Of a stretch of 64,000 nucleotides of DNA, positions 1-7,597 are shown piece after piece. The stretch comes from a virus (Duplodnaviria > Caudoviricetes): positions 32,001 through 96,000 of IMG/VR virus record IMGVR_UViG_3300028805_000078, one strand, 5' to 3'. Within the stretch, counting starts at the first letter, position 1. Each line of letters starts with the position of its first letter. The notes under the pieces were generated by a model. That model did no database searches. It was not told where the DNA came from and saw only the letters and a program-made list of their open reading frames with translations. The translations under genes were made by a program, and so were the position numbers.

Positions 1-894
1 GAAATCAGCGCGGAACTCACAAAGGAAGTAACTTCTGAAAACATGAAGCAGATCGCTCAGGCTATCGGCTATTCTGTTCAGGAGCTGCAGAGTCATGATC
101 TTGACTTCCTGTCTCAGGTTGCCGATATCAAGAATATTGGCTACAACGACAAGGCTCTGTTCAACGTAAAGACCGGTGGAATCAAGGCTTACATTCAGGC
201 CAAGGGTTCCACTACTGCTCGCAGTTACGTGGCTGACCGTCAGGTGACTGTTGAAACAAAGGAAATCTCTGCTCGCCCCGCTATCAACATCGTTGATCTT
301 CGTGCTGGCAGGATTAACTTTGCTGATCTGATTCGTGAAGCGAATCAGGCTATGACGAACAAGAAGCTCGTCATGATCGAGAGCGTTCTTCATGACGCGA
401 TCGACAATTACTCTTCCCCGTTCTATGGCACCGGCACCGGTATCGTAAAGGCCACGCTGGATGCTCAGATCAACTACTTCCGCAGGCTCGGCCCCGTGAC
501 GCTGCTTGGCGATCACGCTGCTGTGTCTCAGCTTGCTGCGCTCACTGGTTTCCAGTTCAGCTCTACTCAGAACCAGTTCAGCCCCAGCATTATCGACGAG
601 TACAATAACAATGGTCGCATCGGCCGCTACAATGGTTGTGAAGTTGTCGAGATGCAGAATGGTTACGAGCCCGGCTCTACTTCGCCTATCCTGAATGCCA
701 GCTGGATTTATATTATTCCCGGCGGACTCAGCGGCGATGCGCGCAACCTCAAGGTTGTCAATGAGGGTGGTCTCAATACCTTCGAGAGCCAGAACATCGA
801 TGATCTCACGTACGAGCTCAGGCTTGATGAGTGGTTCGGTGCTGCGTTTATCAGCGGCAAGATCCCGACGATGGGTGCTTACCTGATCGGTTAA
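1..894 (+). CDS. Major capsid protein (HK97-fold-like), 5' end outside window
   Basis: Frame is open from base 1 into ORF 43..894. It has highly-expressed-type codon bias, is followed by a terminator, and lies directly upstream of head-tail and tail genes. Confidence 0.8.
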   Translation, partial: EISAELTKEVTSENMKQIAQAIGYSVQELQSHDLDFLSQVADIKNIGYNDKALFNVKTGGIKAYIQAKGSTTARSYVADRQVTVETKEISARPAINIVDLRAGRINFADLIREANQAMTNKKLVMIESVLHDAIDNYSSPFYGTGTGIVKATLDAQINYFRRLGPVTLLGDHAAVSQLAALTGFQFSSTQNQFSPSIIDEYNNNGRIGRYNGCEVVEMQNGYEPGSTSPILNASWIYIIPGGLSGDARNLKVVNEGGLNTFESQNIDDLTYELRLDEWFGAAFISGKIPTMGAYLIG

Positions 895-914
895 GTTTAA
901 CTGATTATCTTTCG

Positions 915-942
915 GAGCAGGGGTTCATCCCCTGCTCTTGTT
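915..942 (+). terminator. Intrinsic terminator after capsid gene
   Basis: GAGCAGGGG-TTCAT-CCCCTGCTC followed by TTGTT. Confidence 0.7.
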
Positions 943-967
943 ATATGTTTAAAGGAGAATAAGGTTA

Positions 968-1447
968 ATGGCAACGATGGAAAAAATAACAGGAGAAACA
1001 CGAGTAAGAGTATTTAACCGTGCTAAATATGATATCGGTGTAGTACTTGTAAACGGCGTGTCCTTTAACATCAAATCCGGATCGTTTCAGATTATGACGA
1101 TCAATGATGTTGTTTATATTGAGAGCGCGTTTCAGAATTCGAAGTTTTTTACACGGAAACTTCTTGTTGCGGTAGATGAAGAAGGTAACGATATTGATGT
1201 AACAAACCTTGGTTTTTTGTATGCTGAAGATGCGCACTTATCTGATATTGAAATTTCCGAGATGCTCAAGCAATCGGCTAAGAAAATTGAAGCATGGCTT
1301 GATACTATCACAGACGATGCTGAGCTTCACGCTATATATACAGTCGCAAAAGATATGGATCTTCCCTCTAGCAAGCTGAAAATTCTGAGTTCTAAAATCA
1401 AGAACAAAGATTGGCTTGGAGAAATTTACGGAGAAGAAGAGAAGTAA
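968..1447 (+). CDS. Hypothetical virion/head-associated protein
   Basis: 159-aa ORF with AAGGAG/AAGG RBS, in the morphogenesis cluster. Confidence 0.6.
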   Translation: MATMEKITGETRVRVFNRAKYDIGVVLVNGVSFNIKSGSFQIMTINDVVYIESAFQNSKFFTRKLLVAVDEEGNDIDVTNLGFLYAEDAHLSDIEISEMLKQSAKKIEAWLDTITDDAELHAIYTVAKDMDLPSSKLKILSSKIKNKDWLGEIYGEEEK

Positions 1448-1460
1448 GGAGGCATAATGT

Positions 1461-1898
1461 ATGGCTGAAAGAGCTAATGTATCTGAATTGGCTAATGAAT
1501 TACATTCGTTAGTAGAGTATCAGCAGACGCCGAGAGTTATAACAGATGGCGAATATGAAGCGATGATTCTGCATGGCATAAAGCGGCTGTTGATAGATAC
1601 AGGCAGAGCAGCCGAATACAGTGCCTCAAAATTGATATACGATGACGGAATGCTTTATTACGATCAGGAGTTTACAATTGATGAGATCGAATACATTCTT
1701 CTCGTATCTCAGATAAGGTTCTTTGGAATCGTTCGCGCAAGCGTAAACGAAATGGTAAGTTATACCACAAATGCTTTGAGTGTCACACAGGGCGATAAGC
1801 CGTATGCGAATATTACCGGAACACTCAGAGAACTTGAAAATGAAAGGCGTATCGTGTACTACAAAATGGTTCCGTACACGATTTCAATGGAAGTATAA
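1461..1898 (+). CDS. Putative head-tail adaptor
   Basis: 145 aa, helical character, AGGAGG RBS; assignment by synteny. Confidence 0.5.
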   Translation: MAERANVSELANELHSLVEYQQTPRVITDGEYEAMILHGIKRLLIDTGRAAEYSASKLIYDDGMLYYDQEFTIDEIEYILLVSQIRFFGIVRASVNEMVSYTTNALSVTQGDKPYANITGTLRELENERRIVYYKMVPYTISMEV

Positions 1899-1911
1899 GG
1901 AAGGTCAGTAT

Positions 1912-2232
1912 ATGATTAACGATTATACAGTACTCGTTAAATACAAAAACAGAAAAATGCAGGAAGTTGGACAGAGCATATATCCTTTTAATGTATATAC
2001 GGATATGCTTAGTTCTGAACTCAAGAATTGTCTTGGAGATATTGAGAATATGCTTCACGAAGCTCTTGGGCAGGATGTAGATCTTAAATCAAATGAAAGC
2101 TTCATGAATGTTCGCAGGCATATACTTAATGCCGCGAATGGTGTCGCAAGATTGCCGGATTCTACATACTTCAAGGGAACACCGATCAAGGCAATTAATG
2201 CAAGTGATTTTGTTGCTAATCTAATTAATTAA
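1912..2232 (+). CDS. Hypothetical protein
   Basis: ATG 1912 (MINDY...) after AAGGAAGG is a better start than 1780. Confidence 0.6.
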   Translation: MINDYTVLVKYKNRKMQEVGQSIYPFNVYTDMLSSELKNCLGDIENMLHEALGQDVDLKSNESFMNVRRHILNAANGVARLPDSTYFKGTPIKAINASDFVANLIN

Positions 2233-2247
2233 ATAAGGAGGCCGCCA

Positions 2248-2949
2248 ATGGCAAAGTTTTTTGTGCCGCCTACGTTGGCGGCTGATTTTGATGCGTTTCT
2301 GAATACAGATGTACCAAATCAGGTTGGCAATTTCGAGTTGCTCGGAAATTGGTACGACCAATTTGCAGAAGGATATCAACCTAATGTGATTCGTGGAGAG
2401 ATATATCCTGACAGTACGAAATCGAGATACGAGAACACGGATAACTTAATGAACTTCAGAGCGAGTACAAGTTCTGGAATTAAAAAGGGTGATATGGTTA
2501 TTCAGGAAAACAGCGGCAAGATTTTTATATTGGACTGGGAAGTGTCTCTCGAAACAAACAACGCTCCGTCGCGCGCTCTGCGGTGCAACATGAATCTTAC
2601 AATTAAGAGACATATGCCGGAGATTACAGATGAAAGCGGTTATCTTGTAGAAGAGGCGGGCGAAAGAACGCTTGTTGATAGTTTACCTTGCAACGCTTAT
2701 CGATACGATGGCCGCCCTGAATTTTCGTCCATTGTAGGTACAGCCGGTATTTCTGCGAATGCTCTGACGATCGTCACTTGCCAATATAATAAACAAACTG
2801 ACGATATAAGAATCGATGACAGATTTGTGTGGGGCTATGAAACTTACACCATTGTTGACATAGACTTATTTGGTTTGTCTATCGACGGGAAAACAGGTAC
2901 GCTTAGGCTTCTTGCGAAGAAGGAAGCTGGCGGTGAGGTGGCTCCATGA
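2248..2949 (+). CDS. Putative head-closure/stopper protein
   Basis: 233-aa beta-rich protein with a two-fold 'I..D.F.W....Y.IVDID'-type pattern; AGGAGG RBS; synteny. Confidence 0.5.
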   Translation: MAKFFVPPTLAADFDAFLNTDVPNQVGNFELLGNWYDQFAEGYQPNVIRGEIYPDSTKSRYENTDNLMNFRASTSSGIKKGDMVIQENSGKIFILDWEVSLETNNAPSRALRCNMNLTIKRHMPEITDESGYLVEEAGERTLVDSLPCNAYRYDGRPEFSSIVGTAGISANALTIVTCQYNKQTDDIRIDDRFVWGYETYTIVDIDLFGLSIDGKTGTLRLLAKKEAGGEVAP

Positions 2950-3332
2950 GTGTCGGCGTAGATATTAAAACCTCGCTTGAAAATGTCAAAGATCAGATAT
3001 ATGAACGAGCGCGAGAAATTGGAAAAATTAAAGCTCAGTCTATTTGTAATAAAATCAATTACGAATTATCTATTACACAAATGGAATATCATTGGAACGA
3101 TCAGCTCGCAGATTCAGATTTAATTCAACTTTACGATCCTGATCATGCTCAATTGAGGATAAGCCATTTGTGTTTACAGATTGCAGATATATTTCATGCC
3201 GAGCTTCAACCAGGTGATGATGATTTAAGCTGGAAAGTTGTGATCACAAGTAACGACGGTAGAGAAATAACAACTGAGATGTCTAAATCTCTGACAATGT
3301 CTATTAATAATGCTCTAAAGGTCGGTGAATAA
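2946..3332 (+). CDS. Putative neck/tail-completion protein
   Basis: ATGA overlap with the previous gene; synteny. Confidence 0.45.
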   Translation: MSVGVDIKTSLENVKDQIYERAREIGKIKAQSICNKINYELSITQMEYHWNDQLADSDLIQLYDPDHAQLRISHLCLQIADIFHAELQPGDDDLSWKVVITSNDGREITTEMSKSLTMSINNALKVGE

Positions 3333-3807
3333 AATGAGTGTCAATGTATGGACAAAAGCATGGAATGATATTATTCGATTCGTATTGTTCCGAGATGACG
3401 AACTTAAAACACTCATGTTGCTTCCCGCGAATACAAGCATTATTGATTTCATAGATAACTATTTTATTCGCGGTGGTTCGGCAAACAAGGTTCTTAGCAA
3501 CCAATCTGTCAGAATTGTATATGGACACGTTAAACCAGATGAATTGAATAACACGCCATATATAACTGATAATACTTTAAGTTTTGACATCTATGTAAAA
3601 CAGGATCAATTACATAATGTGTCTGATGATCGTCTTGAATACAGAACAGTGGCGATCGCAGACCGCATTAAGTATTTGTTAACTAAAGAACGATATGTTA
3701 ACGACGGACTCTATCGTTTTAGGGTTGTATCTGAAAGTGATATGGCTACGGGAACGATCGGGTACGCGAGATATAATATATCGTTTAAATATCTTAAAGT
3801 TGTTTAG
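3325..3807 (+). CDS. Putative tail terminator protein
   Basis: About 160 aa with 'LSFDIYV...AIADRIKYLL...RYNISF' pattern, immediately before the major tail gene. Confidence 0.55.
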   Translation: MNKMSVNVWTKAWNDIIRFVLFRDDELKTLMLLPANTSIIDFIDNYFIRGGSANKVLSNQSVRIVYGHVKPDELNNTPYITDNTLSFDIYVKQDQLHNVSDDRLEYRTVAIADRIKYLLTKERYVNDGLYRFRVVSESDMATGTIGYARYNISFKYLKVV

Positions 3808-3811
3808 TTGA

Positions 3812-3841
3812 ATGTAATCATTCACTAATGAGCTATAAGGG
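3812..3841 (+). promoter_or_regulatory. Phage-specific 30-bp promoter-like motif, copy 1 (ATGTAATCATTCACTAATGAGCTATAAGGG)
   Basis: Near-identical copies at 24088, 46401 and 61875 (minus). All are intergenic and oriented with the downstream genes. Confidence 0.75.
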
Positions 3842-3867
3842 AAAGAAACAATATGCATATGCATATG

Positions 3868-3921
3868 TTGCTTCGAGGTTGTATTGACTTTAGCAGTAAA
3901 AGTTATAGTTAGCAGAAGCAA
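3868..3921 (+). ncRNA. Conserved structured RNA motif, copy A (leader of major tail gene)
   Basis: TTGCTTC-GAGGTTGTAT-TGACTTT..AAAGTTA-TAGTTAGCA-GAAGCAA; a covarying second copy lies at 59560-59619 on the minus strand. Confidence 0.5.
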
Positions 3922-4014
3922 TCAAGGTTTAATAAGGCTAAAGACGGTATCTGCGTCTTGTTTGTAGGAGGGCAACGACGTTGATATAAATATAGTTTCT
4001 AAGAGGTAGATATT

Positions 4015-4183
4015 ATGGCCTATATCTCTAAATTTCAGGGTTACGTAGCGGACGTTCCTGAGTTTTGGTTTACTCGTATCGACGGACGTGTATTCCATTA
4101 CAATCAGTTGACATCTGCAAGTGTAACGCCCCAGGTAAATTTCCAGGAAGTTAACGCTGGCTGGGGTCTGTATCCGGTTGCGT
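4015..4183 (+). CDS. Major tail (tube) protein, exon 1 (MAYISKFQGY...GWGLYPVA)
   Basis: GAGGT RBS and ATG 4015. Splicing U4183 to A5054 restores the frame (GCG T|AT CTT CCC...) into ORF 5080..5706, giving 273 aa. Confidence 0.85.
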
Positions 4184-5053
4184 AAACAAAAGATGCGCAA
4201 GTAAAAACTCTTTCTAAACGGGGAAAATCTCATTGAGACAACCTACCGTGCTAAATTAAAATTCAAACAAAAAGGATATAAAACATGGAAATTCACAACG
4301 GCAAATACACAATTTATTATCATCAAAACAAAATAAATAATAAAATGTATGTCGGCATCACAAAGCGTAAACCTTATATTCGGTGGGGTAATAATGGCAT
4401 TGGATATAAACATTGCACATATTTCTATAATGCAATTCAAAAATATGGATGGGATAATTTTGAGCATGTGATTTTTGCTTCTAATCTCACAAAAGAGGAA
4501 GCTTGTCATATGGAATCAATTTTAATAAATAAATTCCAAACAAACGACAAAATTTATGGTTATAATGTTTGCGAAGGTGGTGGCCTACCGCCCGTCCAAT
4601 ATGGAGAAAGAAATTACTTTTTTAACAATCATCAATATAGTGGAGAGAATCATCCAATGTATGGGAAACATCACACGGATGCAACCAGAAAAAAGATGTC
4701 AGAACATCATTATGATTCCTCTGGCTGCAACAATCCGATGTCAAAACGAGTTGTGTGTGTAGAAACTGGAGTTATATATCCAAGCGCTATTGATGCTCAA
4801 AAATCAACTGGTATTCCAAGGAATAATATAACTGCAGCTTGTCGTAAAGATAGGCAAGTTAGCGCAGGCGGATTTCATTGGAATTTTGTTTGAATTTTAT
4901 AAAAGCCTAACGACTATACCGTAAGGTAGTAGCTCTAAGTAGAGCGAAAAGAAAGAGACTGCTTATTGCAGGTGATATAGTCTGATCTATATGGCGACAT
5001 ATAGCTGTCTTTTTAAGACGGGCACGGATTAACGAACCGTGTTGAACAAAACG
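4184..5053 (+). mobile_element. Group I intron (IA-like, with P7.1/P7.2), 870 nt
   Basis: P1 TTGCGT/GCGCAA with U-G at the 5' splice site. P10 AAGAT(4190-94)/ATCTT(5054-58). P3 CTCTTTCT/AGAAAGAG. P7 GACTA(4912-16)/TAGTC(4978-82). P8 CTGC..GCAG, P9 hairpins, terminal G5053. Confidence 0.92.
4285..4893 (+). CDS. Intron-encoded GIY-YIG homing endonuclease with NUMOD3/NUMOD1-like DNA-binding motifs
   Basis: TIY..NKINNKMYVGIT..R, E and GYN motifs; 'GENHPMYGKHHT..TRKKMS'; C-terminal 'VVCVETG..YPS...SAGGFHW'; AT-rich. Confidence 0.92.
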   Translation: MEIHNGKYTIYYHQNKINNKMYVGITKRKPYIRWGNNGIGYKHCTYFYNAIQKYGWDNFEHVIFASNLTKEEACHMESILINKFQTNDKIYGYNVCEGGGLPPVQYGERNYFFNNHQYSGENHPMYGKHHTDATRKKMSEHHYDSSGCNNPMSKRVVCVETGVIYPSAIDAQKSTGIPRNNITAACRKDRQVSAGGFHWNFV

Positions 5054-5706
5054 ATCTTCCCGCTGCTTCTTCTCTTGAAATGCAGCTTACTTCCGGTCAG
5101 TTTGACTCTTCCCTCTTCGCTCTTGCCAACGGTGCGGACTTCACCAGCGATGCTAGCTTCAAGTTCCCCGTAACCAAGATTTGTGAAGTTCAGAGCGATA
5201 AGATCACTCTGCCGACGACAAGCAATATCGATGCCGGCGATGTTAAGATCAATGGCATGGATCGTGTCACAACTGCTCCCGCTGCCAGCGGAAAGTATCA
5301 GGTTGTATCTACTGCCGGTACCGGTGGTGTGTATACGACTGATATCAATTTCTATGATGGTGATTTTGCTGATGGTGCCAGCGTCGAAGTTACATATATG
5401 GAAGCCAAGAGCAACGCTCTGTCGCTCGATGTGACAAACGATAAGGCTGCCGTTGGCGAAGCGCTTCTCGTATGGCCTGTCTACAACGGTGGCGAATCTA
5501 CCGATGCTGGTACAGGCACATTCTCTTCCAACGATACGAAGGGTTATATTGTCATGGATGTGTATCGCTGCAGAATTACCCAGGTCCCCGGTTTCGATAC
5601 CAGCTACAAGAGCCCCGCGACAAACGCAATTACTCTTGCGACTATGGATCCCGCGAACAGCGGTCATGACAGTGCGTACAAGATGACTTACGTACCCAAC
5701 GTTTAA
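5054..5706 (+). CDS. Major tail (tube) protein, exon 2
   Basis: In frame after splicing, capsid-like codon bias, followed by terminator and tail chaperone. Confidence 0.8.
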
Positions 5707-5739
5707 TTAAGGTTTACAGCGATAGCTGATTAAGGACAT

Positions 5740-5770
5740 AGGCTGCCGCTAAATGTGGCAGCCTTTTTTT
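5740..5770 (+). terminator. Intrinsic terminator
   Basis: AGGCTGCCGC-TAAAT-GTGGCAGCCT plus T-run. Confidence 0.85.
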
Positions 5771-5796
5771 ATTAAGGCATTGAAAGGAATAATTAT

Positions 5797-6276
5797 ATGG
5801 CAAAAGAAAAAGCCGCACAAAGGCCAATACCTAATGCGTCAAAGACTGAAACGAAAACAATGACCGAAACTCCGGTTTTGAATGAATCTCTCGAACTATC
5901 TTCTATGAATAAAGAAATGCCCAAAGACTACAATACAGAAAACGCTATACAGCTTGGTGATGATATTCGCGAAATTAAAAGTACAAAGCTTAAGTATCAT
6001 CGCAACGGCGTTACTGGTGTAGCCAGGATACTTCAGCGATTTCCGGTTAGTGAAATAGTTAATGTTGAAGCAGGAGTATTTGATGAAAAACGCAACGGCG
6101 ATCAGCTTGTATTTGATTTCCTTGTTGCTGTATTTGATGATGCTGAATTTGTAAAACAGCATTATGATGATATGACGAGTGCTGATATAGATAGGATTCT
6201 TGAAATTTTCTTCCGTCTTAATGGAATTACTGAGCGTGAAGAAAAAAACCGGCAAGCCAAGGAGATGAAAACCTAA
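5797..6276 (+). CDS. Tail assembly chaperone (gpG-like)
   Basis: Follows the tail tube gene and ends ...EEKN over a slippery heptamer. Confidence 0.75.
   Translation: MAKEKAAQRPIPNASKTETKTMTETPVLNESLELSSMNKEMPKDYNTENAIQLGDDIREIKSTKLKYHRNGVTGVARILQRFPVSEIVNVEAGVFDEKRNGDQLVFDFLVAVFDDAEFVKQHYDDMTSADIDRILEIFFRLNGITEREEKNRQAKEMKT
6243..6249 (+). other. Programmed -1 frameshift site A AAA AAC
   Basis: The -1 frame is open from 6243 (KKPASQGDENLSFDEAVAAVAVYLGE...) and continuous with ORF 6345..6665. Confidence 0.8.
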
Positions 6277-6665
6277 GCTTTGATGAAGCTGTTGCCGCGG
6301 TTGCAGTCTACCTTGGCGAAGTTGATGAAGACAAGATAAACAATATGGGTATCGTATTCTTTAACAACATATTAGCCGCGCTTGGCAAGCGCGTAAACTA
6401 CGATGCTGTAGTGAATTTCGCAGGCAATAGTTTTGCGAAAGATGCTTGGAAAACGATACAAGAAGCGAATCCGCTTATTAAACATAAACAAAGGCACGCA
6501 TTCGCAGACATGTTCTCTGAAGTTGCAATTAAACAAACTAAAATTATTCCTGTTACTGAGTCTGGTAAAAAGCTTGGCGATATTAGTGACGAAACTGTTG
6601 GTGATGTTACTGATACCGCGAAAGATATGTTTAATGCTTTGAGAATGGCGGTACAGCGTTCCTAA
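6249..6665 (+). CDS. Frameshift extension of tail chaperone (gpGT-like, about 289 aa total)
   Basis: No RBS before ATG 6345; reached through the -1 frameshift. Confidence 0.7.
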   Translation, partial: PASQGDENLSFDEAVAAVAVYLGEVDEDKINNMGIVFFNNILAALGKRVNYDAVVNFAGNSFAKDAWKTIQEANPLIKHKQRHAFADMFSEVAIKQTKIIPVTESGKKLGDISDETVGDVTDTAKDMFNALRMAVQRS

Positions 6666-6686
6666 TAAAATAAAGAGGTATATAAT

Positions 6687-7022
6687 ATGAATAAATATCA
6701 GGAAGCATCGCAATGCTATAAAAATATTATACGCAATTGGGAACTGTTTCAGTCTGGTCACAACAAAGATCGTGCTCATGGTCAGATTGTAAATAATGCA
6801 ATCAGGCTTGCTCAGCTTGCTATTGAAGATCCCTTTGCTGCGCTTGATAAAGGCGTCGATGATCCGGCTCCTGAATCTACGCAAGTTGAAAACAAGGCTG
6901 AAGATAAGGAAGTTATTAAGGTTGAAAACAAGGAAGCAAACAAAGAAGTAAAACCTGCTGAAGTGAAATTCAAGCCTGATGAAAAGTCTTACAATAATTG
7001 GTCCAAGAATTATAAAAAGTAA
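6687..7022 (+). CDS. Hypothetical protein
   Basis: GAGGT RBS, 111 aa, with a K/E-rich repeated VENKA/E segment. Confidence 0.6.
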   Translation: MNKYQEASQCYKNIIRNWELFQSGHNKDRAHGQIVNNAIRLAQLAIEDPFAALDKGVDDPAPESTQVENKAEDKEVIKVENKEANKEVKPAEVKFKPDEKSYNNWSKNYKK

Positions 7023-7033
7023 CGGAGGCACAT

Positions 7034-7414
7034 ATGAAGTTTGAAGAATACTTCAATAAAGTTTGTGAAGCCTGCATTGTAAATGTAGGCGTAACTTGGA
7101 GTTCTTATCTTGAGCCTACCTATAAGATTATTCTTAAAAATCTTGAACTTGAGCCAAGTATCGTTGAGGATGTGAATTTGACGATGGATGATGTGAGCGA
7201 AATGCTTAAGCTCGAAATCGAACGAAGGCATGTTGTCACAGGGAAAGGCAGAGCTCTTAGCAATTGGATCTATGAAATTATTAACGGAACAATTGAACCT
7301 GTTGTCCAGACAGGAGAAACAGAATTGTTTAATAAGATTATTGATCTGCTGAAAAAGGATAAAGAAGAGAACGGCGTAGCCGAAGTGTCGCAGGAAGAAA
7401 ATAAGCCTGAGTAA
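7034..7414 (+). CDS. Hypothetical protein
   Basis: GGAGG RBS, 126 aa. Confidence 0.6.
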   Translation: MKFEEYFNKVCEACIVNVGVTWSSYLEPTYKIILKNLELEPSIVEDVNLTMDDVSEMLKLEIERRHVVTGKGRALSNWIYEIINGTIEPVVQTGETELFNKIIDLLKKDKEENGVAEVSQEENKPE

Positions 7415-7502
7415 TAGTATGAGACAGGATCATCCTGTCTCTTTACGGAGCTCAGGTCGGCCTGCATTCGGTTCAAGTCCGAAAGCTCTTGAAGAATTTT
7501 TG

Positions 7503-7550
7503 AAACCTAAACGTGCAAGAATTTAGAATGCTGTGCGTTTAGGTTTTTTT
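7503..7550 (+). terminator. Intrinsic terminator-like hairpin upstream of TMP
   Basis: AAACCTAAACGTGCA...TGTGCGTTTAGGTTT plus T-run. Confidence 0.6.
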
Positions 7551-7597
7551 ATTGTATAATTTAATTTTTATATAACCATCATAAAGGAGAATTAAAT

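Noticed and set aside
3812-3841. Homology of the 30-bp motif to the T7 promoter (TAAT...CACTA...TATAGGG)
   Set aside because: The resemblance is superficial, spacing differs, and no T7-type RNAP is seen in the window.
3851-3866. Perfect palindrome ATATGCATATGCATAT as a separate operator
   Set aside because: It is low-complexity and more simply explained as the 5' stem-loop seen after other promoter copies. A link to the ATGCA repeats at 50 kb cannot be supported.
4015-4185. Truncated pseudogene or stop-codon readthrough in the tail gene
   Set aside because: The TAA is created by the intron boundary, and splicing restores the frame.
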